This document shows, one piece after another, positions 18,901 to 28,265 of a stretch of DNA of 64,000 nt (positions within the stretch are counted from its first letter, which is position 1; each line of letters starts with the position of its first letter). The stretch is from NCBI GenBank assembly GCA_022828085.1, contig JAJEIY010000046.1, positions 556 through 64,555 of the forward strand, read 5' to 3'. The position numbers were made by a program, and so were the translations under genes. The notes under the pieces are model-generated. The model made no database searches, had not been told where the DNA came from, and saw nothing but the letters and a program-made list of their open reading frames with translations. Source of the DNA: Acidobacteriota bacterium (GTDB lineage Bacteria > Acidobacteriota > Vicinamibacteria > Marinacidobacterales > Marinacidobacteraceae).

Positions 18901-19567
18901 GGAGCGGCTGCGGCGCGAACGCGAGGCGCTCGGCTTTTACTGGGAAGGACATCCGGCAACGGAGTACCGGGCGGCGCTGGAGCCGATCATCACGGGCCCG
19001 GTGAAGGCGGCGCTGGGCGCCAAGCCGAAGGCGGCGGCGACCGTCGTCGGCCTCGCGCGCGAATTGCGGAAGCGGACGACGAGGGGCGGCCGGCCGATGG
19101 GCCAGTTCACCCTCGAGGACGAGACCGGAGCGATCGGGGTGGTGGTCTTTCCCGACCTGTGGGAGACGTGTCCCTCTCTCGACGGCGAGCCGGTGGTGGT
19201 GGTTCAGGGAAACCTCCGGGGAGACGCAGCGGGGACCCCGGGCGGCGGCGGCCGCCGAGGCCAGCGGGGCGAACTGGCCGCTTCCGAGATCCGGCTCGCC
19301 GACGAAGCGCCCTACCAGCTCGCCCACCGCGTCGAGCTGCTGGTGACCGAACCGGAGCGACTGGGACACCGGTTGCAGGAACTGTTCGTCCGGCATCCCG
19401 GTACGCGGCCGTTGCTGCTTCGGGTACGGAATCGCGGAATCGAGGTCCTGCTCGAGACCGCGACGGAGGTCCATCCGAGCCGCGCCTTTGCCCGCGCCGC
19501 CTGGGAACTCCTGGGACCGGACACCGTGCGCCTCGACGGAGAGCTGCCTCCCTCGTTCGCGCAATAA
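15941..19567 (+). CDS. dnaE: DNA polymerase III subunit alpha
   Basis: PHP domain FVHLHTHTEYSLLDG, a polymerase core and an OB domain; 1208 aa. Confidence 0.9.
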   Translation: MSGAASGAGGTRPFVHLHTHTEYSLLDGMSRLSDVVGRAAREGMPAVAITDHGNLIGALKFHEAAREVGVKPILGCEAYVAPGSRREQNPDSENQHLVLLAKNRTGFRNLMRLSSIAYTEGFYFKPRMDLELLAEHHDGLIALSACPKGIVPREVITGGDPVEWAGRYQEVFGKDNYYLEIMDHTPPGGATPEGARLSDLEQRIGAGVVEVARKTGIPLVGTNDSHYASAEDADAHDLRLCISTNRPVRDPRRLKFHSDQFFFKTSEEMRAVFDDCPDAYRNTLEIAEQVDDFELLDRRNLLPDFEVPAGTTLDAHFEESARGGLARRLESPEVHGDRPPRQDYEDRLAMELDVIRRTGYSAYFLIVQDFVRFAQDCHIPVGPGRGSAAGSLVAYALGITDIDPLAHGLLFERFLNSERISPPDIDVDFCEVRREEVLDYVTENYGNDRVAQIMTLGTMQARLVVRDVGRMLELPPPQVDRLAKLIPDGMSLPQALESVPELREARRNPEFDRLFELAGRLEGLPRSIGTHAAGVVIAPGPLEEILPLYRDVETRRPGSGRASKGSGQAVTVRRRTQWDMNDCEAAGLFKMDFLGLRNLTQIEDCARRVQEDPNTSRTAGEVEALALIRAGHFEKVPPDPETFRLFARADTDGIFQFESPGMRDLLARYEPENLDDLAAMNALYRPGPLESGMADDFVAAKKKGRLSEKLDPRVRELVPETRGLIVYQEQVMLVAQQLAGFSLNRADVLRKAMGKKDPERMAREEGGFVEGAVAGGLSRQVAQETFQQIAKFAGYGFNRSHAVGYALVAYVAGWLKTHFPLHFLASLLTAQHRAGDKDERIARIRHGAEAAGIPVLPPDVQRSGAEAVVEGRGVRYGLEAVKQVGSRAAREIERARRESGRFESLRHFLEAVEPKSLNRGVVEALCCAGALDFLDVPRSQILPAIPGALEAAHRVRGRKEAGVQSLFGGGSEPPVDVFPEAPSWSDAERLRREREALGFYWEGHPATEYRAALEPIITGPVKAALGAKPKAAATVVGLARELRKRTTRGGRPMGQFTLEDETGAIGVVVFPDLWETCPSLDGEPVVVVQGNLRGDAAGTPGGGGRRGQRGELAASEIRLADEAPYQLAHRVELLVTEPERLGHRLQELFVRHPGTRPLLLRVRNRGIEVLLETATEVHPSRAFARAAWELLGPDTVRLDGELPPSFAQ

Positions 19568-19652
19568 TCGGCGCAGCTTCGGACCCTTACGTCCCGATTC
19601 CCGGTCTTCTGGTACGGGATTTGCCTGACGGCGTCTCGCTACACTTCACATC

Positions 19653-20708
19653 GTGCAGCGCGAGTTCCTCGACTTCGAGGCTGACATTCAGACGATTGTC
19701 CAGCGGATCGAAGCGCTTACCGGATACCCCGACAGCCACCGGGCGGAGATCGCCGGGCTGGAACGCGAACTCCTGCGCCGCCGCCAGCGCATCTATGCCG
19801 GCCTGACCCCGTGGCAGCGGGTTCTGGTGGCGCGCCACCCCGAGCGTCCCTATTCGCTGGACTACGTGGACCGCATCTTCACCGGCTTCACCGAGATCCA
19901 CGGGGACCGCCGCTACGCGGACGATCCGGCCGTCGTCGGCGGGCCGGCGTGGCTCGCGGGAAAGCCGGTCATGCTGATCGGACAGCAGAAGGGCCGGGAC
20001 ACCGCCGAGCGCATTCACCGGAACTACGGCATGCCCCGGCCGGAGGGCTACCGCAAGGCCCTCCGCCTCATGAAGATGGCGGAGAAGTTCGGCAGACCGG
20101 TCATCGCGCTCGTCGACACTCCGGGAGCGTTCCCCGGTATCGAAGCCGAGGAGCGCGGCCAGGCCGAGGCCATCGCCCGCAATCTTCGGGAGATGGCCCG
20201 GCTCGACGTCCCCGTGGTGGTTGCCATCATCGGCGAGGGAGGCAGTGGCGGGGCGCTCGGTATCGCCGTGGGCGATCGGATTCTGATGATGGAGAACGCC
20301 ATCTACTCGGTGATTTCTCCCGAAGGGTGCGCCGCGATCCTCTGGAAGGACCCGGAGCGCGCCTATGCGGCGACCGAAGAAGCGGCGGCGCGGATGCGCG
20401 TCACCGCCCCGGAACATCTCCGGAACGGCCTGATCGACGAGATCGTTCCGGAACCGCCGGGAGGGGCCCACGCGGACCACGATGCCGCGGCGGGGCTCCT
20501 CGGGGAGCGGTTGCGCCTCGCCCTCCGCGATGTCGCGGAACGTCCTCCGGCGGACCGCCGGGAGGCGCGGTATCGGAAGTTCCGGAGCATGGGGAACTTC
20601 GGACTGGAGGAGGCCCCGTCCCGGACAACCCGCGATCCGTCCGCTCCGCAGGACAAGGGGGCTGCGGGGAGCGGGGCCGCGGGCTACCGGCCGGCGGGCA
20701 CGGGCTGA
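19653..20708 (+). CDS. accA: acetyl-CoA carboxylase carboxyltransferase subunit alpha
   Basis: GRPVIALVDTPGAFPGIEAEERGQAEAIARNL in the classic dnaE-accA arrangement; GTG start. Confidence 0.85.
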   Translation: MQREFLDFEADIQTIVQRIEALTGYPDSHRAEIAGLERELLRRRQRIYAGLTPWQRVLVARHPERPYSLDYVDRIFTGFTEIHGDRRYADDPAVVGGPAWLAGKPVMLIGQQKGRDTAERIHRNYGMPRPEGYRKALRLMKMAEKFGRPVIALVDTPGAFPGIEAEERGQAEAIARNLREMARLDVPVVVAIIGEGGSGGALGIAVGDRILMMENAIYSVISPEGCAAILWKDPERAYAATEEAAARMRVTAPEHLRNGLIDEIVPEPPGGAHADHDAAAGLLGERLRLALRDVAERPPADRREARYRKFRSMGNFGLEEAPSRTTRDPSAPQDKGAAGSGAAGYRPAGTG

Positions 20709-20712
20709 TTCG

Positions 20713-22849
20713 CGTGTTGACTCGCGCCCGTTCCCGCGGGCACCGTCGAGGCGCCCCGGTCTTCTCGAAATGGATCGGCCCGGCGATCGCCCTGCTGCTG
20801 TTCGCGGGCTTTACCGTCTTCCTGGTCCAGCGGCTTCAGGAGGGTTTCGAGAGACGGGCGGGGGAATGGTTCGGATCGGCCGACGAGGTCCCCGTCGAGC
20901 CGGAGGAGGTGGTCTCGACCGAGGTCGAGTTCACGCGCTTCGATGAACACGGCCGCCTGGTCCTCGAGGGCCGGGCGGAGCAGGCTCTCGGCCGGAGCGA
21001 CGGACAGCAGCGCTTTCTCGAGGTCGAGGTTCGCCTGATCGAGGTCCTTGGCGACGGAGATGCAGTGGTGGCCGCCGACGAACTCCTGCTCGATCCCCAG
21101 ACCGAGGCGGTGGAGTTCATCGGCAATGCCCTGGTGAGCGTCGAGGGTCTTGAGCTCTCGGGACCTCACCTGCACTTCCGGACCGCGCCGGACCGTCTCT
21201 GGTCACGCGATCCGGTGCAGTTCCGGAGCGACGATTTCGTCGGAATCGCCGCCGGGATGCAGTTCGAGGTCGCTGCCGGCGACGTGTCCCTGCAGGGTGT
21301 GGTGGCGGCGCCGGCAGCCGAGGACGGTTTCGCGGTCGTCGCGGAGCGGGTGCGCTTCGACGGCGACACGGCCGACACGTCGCTCTTCGGGGACGTCGAA
21401 ATCACCTCGGATGCGCTCAGCCTCTCTTCGAGGGAATCGGTGGTCGCCCGTCGCGATCGGGAGCGAGGCCGGATGCGTTCCATCGAAGCCGGGTTCGGAA
21501 CGGAGCTCACCTTTCTGGATCCGTCCGGCGCGGCGGGCGACCTCGCACTGGAGGAGGCGACTGCGGACCGACTCGTACTGCGCGGAGACAGACTCGAGAT
21601 CCGTCTGGAGAACGGAAGGATTCCGCGCCGCGTCTGGGTGCCGGAGAACCCTTCGCTGCACCGGGGTGCGGGAATCGAGCTGCGCGGCGAGGAGGGCACG
21701 TTCGAGCTCGACTCCGCCGGGACACCCGAGCGGCTGAGGATGACCGGCGATGTGAGGTCGCGTCTTCCGGGCGGTCCGGGAGCGAGGTATCTCATTTCGG
21801 TCAGGTCCTCGGACCTCGAGGTCGACTTCGATCCGGAGGGGGAGATCGTGGGGGCCGCGTTCCGCGGGGGGGTCGATGCCCGCCACGGCCGGGCGGCCGC
21901 CACCGCGGAGAGCGCCCGTTGGGACGGCGTGGACACGCTCGTGCTCGAAGGCAATCCGCGGCTGGTGGATTCGTCGCTGCTGGAACTGGAGAGCGGCGAT
22001 CTGCGGCTGGTGATCGCGGAGCCAAGCCGCGTCGAGGCGGCGGATGCGGTAACCGCCCGGTTCCTTCCGGCCCGTCTGGATTGGCTCCCGGGCCGGTTCG
22101 AGGGAGTGGTGCTCACCGGAGATTCCGCGGTGATGGAGACGGGCAGCGGAGAAGGCGTCTTCACGGGAGGGGTGCGGCTGCTGTTCGGCAAGAACCGCCT
22201 GCAGTCGGACAGGGTCAGCGTGGATGCGGAAGCCAGAACGCTCGAGGCATCGGGTGAGGTCGTCACGTCGCTCGAACTCGAAACGCCCTCTCCGGGTGCC
22301 GGAGAGGCGGAACAGCCGGTTCGCGATGCCGATCTCCCGGCGGGAGAGAGCACGCCGGCGGTCCGGACGGCGGTGGCGGGCGGGGCCGCTTCCGCGGACG
22401 GCGAGCCGTCCGGGGCGTCGCCGTTCGTTTTCAGTGCCCGGGCCGAGCGGTTCCGCTACGAAGCGGAGAGCTCGCGACTGTCCTATGGAGGGGCGCCCCA
22501 GCTGGAACGCGTGGGACCTTCGGGAGAGGTCAGCCGGCTCGTCGCCGGGGGGATCGAGGCTGACCTGACGGCGGAGGGCTCGCTCGGAGCCCTGCGCGGG
22601 GTCCGGGGAGCCCGGTTCGAGCGGGGTGGCAATCTGGTGCGTGGAACCCGGATCCGCTACGAGCCCGGCGGCGATTTCCTGCTGGCCTGGGGTTCGCCGG
22701 CTGTCGTAACGGTGGATGGAAGGACCTCGGAGGGCGGTCTCCTGGAACTTGGTCTGGGAGACAATCGAACGGAGATTCACCCGACCCGGGTGAGGCGGGC
22801 GGTCACCCGCGCCCTCATCACCAGGAGGGAAGGGCCTTCCCGCTGGTGA
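20713..22849 (+). CDS. LptC/LptA (OstA)-like periplasmic LPS-transport protein, N-terminal TM anchor plus repeated OstA-like beta-jellyroll segments
   Basis: N-terminal TM ([19 protein letters not shown]) like LptC. Repeated [16 protein letters not shown] and VLTGDSAV segments lie immediately upstream of lptB-rpoN. Start taken after the accA stop (GTG 20713); the tool start at 19811 overlaps accA. Confidence 0.5.
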
Positions 22850-22856
22850 ACGGGTC

Positions 22857-23696
22857 GTGACCGAATCTGCACCCGGGCTGCCCGCCGCGCAGGATGCGGC
22901 TGACGGATCGCCACGGGTTGCGGCGCGCGGCGGCGAACTGCCGGCGGCGGGTCCGGAAGCCGGCGCGGCGCACGTTCTCGCCTGTCACGATCTGGTCAAG
23001 ACCTACGGCATGCGCCGGGTCGTGGATGAGGTGACCGTCCGTGTGGAAAGCGGCGAGGTGGTGGGACTCCTCGGACCGAACGGAGCCGGCAAGACCACCA
23101 CGTTTCGCATGATCGTCGGATTGATCCAGCCGGATCGCGGCACCGTCTCGCTGGATGAGCGCAACCTCACCGGACTCGCCATGCACCGCCGGGCACGGTC
23201 GGGGATCGGTTACCTCCCGCAGGAGCCATCCATCTTCCGGGGTCTCACGGTCGAAGAAAACGTGCTGGCGATCCTCGAAGCGGTGCCCCGGATGGGACGG
23301 CGGGAGCGGCGCGAGCGGGCCGGGGCGCTGCTCGCGGAGTTCGGCCTGACGGAGCGCCGGCGCAACCTGGGACATTCCCTCTCCGGCGGCGAGCGCCGGC
23401 GGGCGGAGATCGCCCGGGCGCTCGCGCCGGATCCCCGGTTCCTGTTGCTGGACGAACCCTTCGCTGCCATCGATCCGATCGCGGTCTCCGAGTTGCAGAG
23501 GATCGTCGGCAGCCTGCGCGACCGGGGACTCGGCGTGCTCGTCACCGACCACAGCGTTCGCGAGACCCTCCGGGTCACCGACCGCGCGTACATCATCGAG
23601 GAAGGCCGGATCCTGTTCGAGGGTACGCCCGGGGAGCTCGTGCGCAGCCCGGAGGTGCGCCGGGCCTATCTCGGCGAGGACTTCGATTGGCAGTGA
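22857..23696 (+). CDS. lptB: LPS export ABC transporter ATP-binding protein LptB (start uncertain)
   Basis: Walker [12 protein letters not shown], signature LSGGERRR and Walker B FLLLDEP, immediately upstream of rpoN. N-terminal ~40 aa may be an over-extension. Confidence 0.8.
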   Translation: MTESAPGLPAAQDAADGSPRVAARGGELPAAGPEAGAAHVLACHDLVKTYGMRRVVDEVTVRVESGEVVGLLGPNGAGKTTTFRMIVGLIQPDRGTVSLDERNLTGLAMHRRARSGIGYLPQEPSIFRGLTVEENVLAILEAVPRMGRRERRERAGALLAEFGLTERRRNLGHSLSGGERRRAEIARALAPDPRFLLLDEPFAAIDPIAVSELQRIVGSLRDRGLGVLVTDHSVRETLRVTDRAYIIEEGRILFEGTPGELVRSPEVRRAYLGEDFDWQ

Positions 23697-25177
23697 GCAC
23701 CAGGTCCGGAACCCGCACGGAGTTGCGGGTCGGCGCCCGCCAGCAGCAGCGGCTCACGTTGACGCCGCAGGTGAGGCAGACCATCGAGATGCTCGTGCTG
23801 CCGCTCACCGAACTCCGGGTTCGGGTGCAGCAGGAACTGCTCCAGAACCCGGCGCTCGAGGAGGTCGCCGAAGAGGAGGAAGAGGAGTCCGAGTCCGAAG
23901 AAGTGGACGCGGAGCAGGCGGAGGGCGAAGCGGACGACAGCGCGCCGGACGGCGACCCCGACCCGATGGCGGAGATCGAGGCCGAGGACTTCTTCCAGGA
24001 GAACCAGGAGAACACCGCGGGACTCGCCCTGGGCGAGGAACCGCCCGCGCTCGAGCGGACGCTGGCTGCCGGCCGCACGCTCGCCCAGCACCTGATCGAG
24101 CAGCTCGGTCCGTCCGTCGAAACCGAAGTCGAGCGGAGCATCGGCCTGGAGATCATCGGCAACCTCGACGAGCGCGGATACCTCGATGCCTCCGTTGCCG
24201 AGATCGCCGCCGCGGTGGGGGTGCCGGAAGATCAGGTCGAGGCGATGCGAAGGCGGATCCTGCATTTTGATCCGACCGGCGTTGCCGCCCTGGATCTGGC
24301 GGAGTGCCTGCTGGCGCAGCTCGAGGCGGCCGGCCAGTCCGGTGGCCCGCTCGGCAGGATCGTGCGTGAACACCTGGACCTCGTCATCCGGGAACGGTTT
24401 CGCGAACTCGGCCGCGTCATGGGCGCCGAGGTTACCGTCGTGATGCGTTGGGTCCGCCGGATCGGGGAGCTGGACTTTCGTCCCGGCAGCCAGTTCGCTC
24501 CGGGTCCGGAGCAGGTCGTGGTGCCGGATGCGCGGGTCTACCTGTTCAACGGCGAGTGGCGGGTCGAAATGAGCGACGGGATTCCGAAGCTCCGCACCAG
24601 TCCCGCCTACCGGCTGGTGCTGAAGAGTCCCGACCGGCACACGCCGCAGGAGCAGGCCTTTGCGCGCGAGGCCTGGGTCCGCGCGAAGGGATTCCAGCGA
24701 TCGGTGCAGCAGCGCCAGGAGACGGTTCGCCTGGTCGCCGAGGACATCGTGCGCAAGCAGACCGAGTTCCTCAATCGGGGAATCGCCCACATCCGGCCGC
24801 TCGTCCTGAACGACGTTGCGCAGGACATCGGGCGCGCGGAGTCCACGGTTTCGCGAGTGGTGAGCAACAAGTTCCTGGAGACCCCCCGCGGAGTCATCCC
24901 CTTCCGGCGTTTCTTCCACAGTGCCCTTTCACTGCGCGACGGGCGCCAGGTGTCATCGGAAGCGGTCCGGGACCGAGTCCGGCGGATCGTCGAACGCGAG
25001 GATCCCGAGCATCCACTGGCTGATGACCAGATCGTGCAACTCCTCGATCGCGAGGGGGTCATGATTGCGCGGCGCACGGTGGCCAAGTACCGCAAGTCCC
25101 TGAGGATCCCGTCTTCCAACGAGCGGCGCGCCCGCTATCGGAACCGCGCCCCCGAACGGGGACCCGCGAGGAGTTGA
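23687..25177 (+). CDS. rpoN: RNA polymerase sigma-54 factor
   Basis: N-terminal [35 protein letters not shown], a C-terminal HTH and an RpoN box ARRTVAKYR. Confidence 0.85.
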   Translation: MAVSTRSGTRTELRVGARQQQRLTLTPQVRQTIEMLVLPLTELRVRVQQELLQNPALEEVAEEEEEESESEEVDAEQAEGEADDSAPDGDPDPMAEIEAEDFFQENQENTAGLALGEEPPALERTLAAGRTLAQHLIEQLGPSVETEVERSIGLEIIGNLDERGYLDASVAEIAAAVGVPEDQVEAMRRRILHFDPTGVAALDLAECLLAQLEAAGQSGGPLGRIVREHLDLVIRERFRELGRVMGAEVTVVMRWVRRIGELDFRPGSQFAPGPEQVVVPDARVYLFNGEWRVEMSDGIPKLRTSPAYRLVLKSPDRHTPQEQAFAREAWVRAKGFQRSVQQRQETVRLVAEDIVRKQTEFLNRGIAHIRPLVLNDVAQDIGRAESTVSRVVSNKFLETPRGVIPFRRFFHSALSLRDGRQVSSEAVRDRVRRIVEREDPEHPLADDQIVQLLDREGVMIARRTVAKYRKSLRIPSSNERRARYRNRAPERGPARS

Positions 25178-25210
25178 CCGGCAGCGGCGGCTTCCGGATA
25201 CTGCCCGGCG

Positions 25211-25702
25211 ATGATCGGAATCGTGGTGGTTACCCACGGACAACTGGCGAGAGAACTCGTGGCTGCCGCGGAAATGATCACCGGGGAGGACATCCCCAAC
25301 GCCACCAGCGTTTCCATCGGCTGGCACGACGCACCGGACGATGCCCAGCGCGCCATCGTGACGGCGGTGGAACGCGTGTCCGGAACGGAGGGGGCGGTCA
25401 TCCTCACGGACATGTTCGGGGGAACGCCGTCCAATCTGGCGCTCAGCCTCCTCAACGAGAACCAGGTCGAAGTCGTGACGGGAGTGAACCTCCCCATGCT
25501 CATCCGCCTGGTCTCGATCCGGGAGGAAGAGCAGGTTGGCCCGGCGGAAGCGGCGCGGGCAGCGCTCTTCCAGGGCAAGGAGAACATCTATCTCGCATCC
25601 GAGCTGCTGGGAGGCGGGGTCGGCGTTGCGCCAGCGGGCGACGAGTCCGAGGAGGCGGCCGGAACCGTTGCGGAGGACCCGGCCGGGCCGGACCCGGGCT
25701 AA
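25211..25702 (+). CDS. PTS EIIA component, mannose/fructose family
   Basis: MIGIVVVTHGQLARELVAAAEMI and ILTDMFGGTPSN are typical of EIIA-Man. Sits in the rpoN-linked position usually held by ptsN. Confidence 0.75.
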   Translation: MIGIVVVTHGQLARELVAAAEMITGEDIPNATSVSIGWHDAPDDAQRAIVTAVERVSGTEGAVILTDMFGGTPSNLALSLLNENQVEVVTGVNLPMLIRLVSIREEEQVGPAEAARAALFQGKENIYLASELLGGGVGVAPAGDESEEAAGTVAEDPAGPDPG

Positions 25703-26000
25703 GCAGCCTGTGATGAAACTCGCGCGGCATTCCCGAGCTACGAACTATGCGGGCCGGCTCTCGCCGTCCCGCATGGTCCGTGCTCAAGGGGTCTACGCGG
25801 GGCTCGACTCTCGCCCCGCTCCGGAAGCAACACCCGCTGCATCCCCGCTGAACCGCTCGCCTTTGGCTCGCTCATCGTTGCGCTTCGGTCGGAATACATT
25901 CGGTATTCCTCCCTCGCGCGCCTTGTCAGCGAGGCGCAGCGGGCACCAGTTCTCCCGGTGGGGGGCCGGTGCTCACGCCAGTTCCACCACAGGCTGCTAA
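25702..26000. repeat. ~299-bp intergenic element bounded by 11-bp inverted repeats (AGCAGCCTGTG ... CACAGGCTGCT); locally lower GC; holds a 33-nt block conserved with 6166-6198
   Basis: Inverted termini read from the sequence. The internal block CTCATCGTTGCGCTTCGGTCGGAATACATTCGG (25871-25903) matches 28/34 with CTCATCGTTGCGTTTCGGTGGGAACGCAGTCCGG at 6166-6199. A CCTGTGG half-site also lies at 6142-6148. Confidence 0.5.
25987..26000 (+). promoter_or_regulatory. conserved motif CCACAGGCTGCTAA, 29 nt upstream of the ptsH GTG; right end of an element flanked by inverted repeats
   Basis: Identical over 13 nt with the copies at 12657 and 45269. Its reverse complement AGCAGCCTGTG occurs at 25702-25712. 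Confidence 0.5.
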
Positions 26001-26029
26001 CTCCGGACACACGTCGGCAGGGAGGGAGC

Positions 26030-26338
26030 GTGCCGGAACGGGTCGTCCTCGTCACGAACCAGTTGGGGATGCACGCCCGGGCGGCGGCGCGCTTCGTGAA
26101 GACGGCGGCGCGTTACGAAGCCGTGGTGACCGTGACTCGCGGCGAGACCACGATCGACGGCAAGAGCATTCTGGGACTCCTGTTTCTCGCCGCTGCCAAG
26201 GGCAGCCGGCTTCGGATCCACACCTCGGGGCGGGAGGCGGCGCCGGCGCTCGAAGCCCTCACCAGGCTGGTCCAGCAGGGAATCGGAGATCCGCCGGAGT
26301 CGGGGGCCGACGGCGTCCACGCGGGTGAGCCGCCATGA
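26030..26338 (+). CDS. ptsH: phosphocarrier protein HPr
   Basis: VPERVVLVTNQLGMHARAAARFV (active His in GMHAR). GTG start with a GGAGGGAG RBS. 4-nt overlap with ptsI. Confidence 0.7.
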   Translation: MPERVVLVTNQLGMHARAAARFVKTAARYEAVVTVTRGETTIDGKSILGLLFLAAAKGSRLRIHTSGREAAPALEALTRLVQQGIGDPPESGADGVHAGEPP

Positions 26339-28107
26339 TGGTGCCTACGCCCCGTAGTGATTCCGGGCGGTCCCGTCCCGGAGAGACCGTCCTGCGCGGG
26401 GAACCGGCGGCGCCGGGCATCTGCGTGGCGCCCACGATCGTTTTCGAACGGCGCGCCGTCCCGGTGTTCCGGGTGGAAGTCAGGAGGCGGGAGATCGGGC
26501 GTGAGATCCGCCGCTTCACCGAAGCCCGGGACCGGGCGGCGGAGCAACTCCGCGAGATCCGGGAGTCCACCCGGCGCGCGCTGGGCCAGGACCGGGCGTA
26601 TCTGTTCGAGGCGCAGCGGCTCATGCTCGCCGATCCGCTCCTGGTCGATCGTGTGCAGGAAGTGATCCGGTCCGAGCGCGTCAACGCGGAGTGGGCGGTG
26701 CGGACGGTTCTCAGGGAACTCGAGGCTGTTTTCGACGGGCTCGCGGACGAGTACCTGCGGCAACGGAAGGGCGACATCGCGGACGTCGGTGGCCGACTGC
26801 TCCAGAACCTGGGTGGCGCCGCCCGACCCTCCCTCGAGCGGTGGGAACGCCGGCATGTGGTGGCCGCGGACGACCTGCGCCCGTCGGACACCGCCGAACT
26901 CGACTGGACCAAGATCCAGGGAGTGATCATGGAGGCGGGCGGGCCGACGTACCACACCGCCATCCTGGCCCGGACGCACGACGTGCCCTGCGTGACCGGG
27001 ATTCCCGCTCTGCTCGACCACATTCACACCGACCTGCCGGTTGTGGTGGACGGTTCCGAGGGAATCGTGGTGGTGAATCCGGCGCGGAAGACCGTGGCGG
27101 AGTACCGCCGGAAGCGCGAGCGCGAACGGGAACGCCGCCGCCGCCTGCTGGCCGCCACGTCGTCGCAGGCCTCCACCGCGAACGGCGAGCGGGTCGTGCT
27201 GATGGCCAACATGGACGAACCGGGCGAGATCGATCTCGTCCGTCGCCATGGCGCCGAGGGGGTCGGCCTTTTCCGTACCGAACGAATTGCCGTCCAGGAG
27301 ATCCCCTCCGAGGAGGAACAGTTCCGGATCTACCGGGATCTGGCCCAGGCCCTGGAACCGCACCCGCTGGTGATTCGGGCGTTCGATCTCACCGCGACGG
27401 ATATCGGCCGCGCGCCGGAGCTGAACCCCGCGCTCGGGTTGCGCGGCGCCCGGCTGCTGGTCATGGCGTCAGGGATCTTCGAGACCCAGATCCGGGCGGT
27501 GCTCCGCGCCGCGGTGCACGGCAGGGTCCAGCTGATGTTTCCGATGGTGGGCGGGCTCGAGGAGTTCCGGGCGGCGCGGACCCATGTCCGGGCGGCGGTC
27601 CGGGCGCTTCGCTACCGGGACGTGCCGTTTCGGGAAGTGCCGGTCGGCGCCATGCTGGAGGTGCCCTCGGCGGCGGCGACCGCCGATCTGCTGGGGCAGG
27701 AGGCGGAGTTCCTCAGCATCGGAACGAACGATCTGATGCAGTACCTCTTCGGAGTGGACCGGGCGAACGAGCGGGTCGCGCACTTCAGCGATCCGCTCCA
27801 TCCCGCGCTCCTGCGCACCCTCCGGTTCGTGGCCCGCGTCTGCCGCCGTACCGGCCTCCCGCTGGCGGTATGCGGCGAGGTGGCGGCAGAACCGCTCATG
27901 ATTCCACTGCTGCTGGGCTTTGGGGTGCGAACGTTCTCGATGAGTCCGAACGCCATACCCGAGATGAAACGCCTGATTGCCGTTCAGGACACCCGCCGGG
28001 CCGAGGAAATCGCCCAGCAGAGCGTTCGGCTGACGACGTCACGGCGGGTCCGCGCCCGGGTCCTGCGGTTCGTGCGGGAGCGGGGTTCCGCAGCGGAGTC
28101 GGGGTAG
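26335..28107 (+). CDS. ptsI: phosphoenolpyruvate-protein phosphotransferase (Enzyme I)
   Basis: PEP-utilizer domain (GGPTYHTAILARTHDVPCVTG) and a C-terminal PEP-binding TIM barrel; 590 aa. Confidence 0.85.
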   Translation: MMVPTPRSDSGRSRPGETVLRGEPAAPGICVAPTIVFERRAVPVFRVEVRRREIGREIRRFTEARDRAAEQLREIRESTRRALGQDRAYLFEAQRLMLADPLLVDRVQEVIRSERVNAEWAVRTVLRELEAVFDGLADEYLRQRKGDIADVGGRLLQNLGGAARPSLERWERRHVVAADDLRPSDTAELDWTKIQGVIMEAGGPTYHTAILARTHDVPCVTGIPALLDHIHTDLPVVVDGSEGIVVVNPARKTVAEYRRKRERERERRRRLLAATSSQASTANGERVVLMANMDEPGEIDLVRRHGAEGVGLFRTERIAVQEIPSEEEQFRIYRDLAQALEPHPLVIRAFDLTATDIGRAPELNPALGLRGARLLVMASGIFETQIRAVLRAAVHGRVQLMFPMVGGLEEFRAARTHVRAAVRALRYRDVPFREVPVGAMLEVPSAAATADLLGQEAEFLSIGTNDLMQYLFGVDRANERVAHFSDPLHPALLRTLRFVARVCRRTGLPLAVCGEVAAEPLMIPLLLGFGVRTFSMSPNAIPEMKRLIAVQDTRRAEEIAQQSVRLTTSRRVRARVLRFVRERGSAAESG

Positions 28108-28183
28108 CCGACCAGCGTTCCCAGCCGTTTCGATCGTCTGCACCCGGTAGATGGCGCTGCGAAAACACGCAGGAAAAACAGAT

Positions 28184-28208
28184 GGAAGCGAACCTTTGGT
28201 TCGCTTCC
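28184..28208. terminator. perfect 11-bp stem/3-nt loop hairpin (GGAAGCGAACC-TTT-GGTTCGCTTCC) in the convergent ptsI/dnaE2 intergenic region
   Basis: Palindrome read directly from the sequence; lies between convergent gene ends. No strong U-tract. Confidence 0.4.
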
Positions 28209-28226
28209 GGCGATTTCGGGGGAAAG

Positions 28227-28265
28227 TGTGAAAGGGGGTTACCCCGGGGGTTACCCCCTTTCACA
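28227..28265. terminator. GC-rich imperfect hairpin built on a doubled GGGGGTTACCCC unit, flanked by TGTGAAA / TTTCACA arms
   Basis: tgtgaaa-gggggttacccc-gggggttacccc-ctttcaca: the outer arms are complementary and the inner unit is directly repeated. Candidate bidirectional terminator. Confidence 0.35.

Noticed and set aside
12691-19564. Multiple long minus-strand ORFs opposite the PQQ gene, guaA and dnaE (e.g. 12691..14247, 14305..16272, 15896..16888, 16931..18661, 18755..19564)
   Set aside because: Antisense to strongly supported genes; high-GC artefacts.
19811-20712. N-terminal 300 aa of the 1012-aa ORF that overlaps accA in another frame
   Set aside because: Overlaps the well-supported accA gene. 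The composition is Arg/Gly-rich nonsense up to the point where the accA stop is passed, and the LptC-like TM helix starts right after 20713.
21166-22780. Minus-strand ORFs 21166..22353 and 21203..22780 (Ser/Arg-rich)
   Set aside because: Antisense to the LptC/OstA-like gene; low-complexity.
25958-26029. Tool ORF start 25958 for HPr (MGGRCSRQFHHRLLTPDTRRQGGS...)
   Set aside because: The extension covers the conserved upstream motif and lacks an RBS. The GTG at 26030 has a GGAGGGAG RBS and gives a canonical HPr N-terminus.
25702-26030. EIIA-ptsH spacer considered as a known structured ncRNA (tmRNA, RNase P RNA, 6S, SRP RNA) or tRNA
   Set aside because: No match to hallmark motifs (tmRNA tag ORF/CCA end, RNase P GAAAGTCCGGGCTCC / ACAGAACCCGGCTTA, tRNA T-loop GTTCGAATCC). 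Retained only as a repeat element or unknown RNA.
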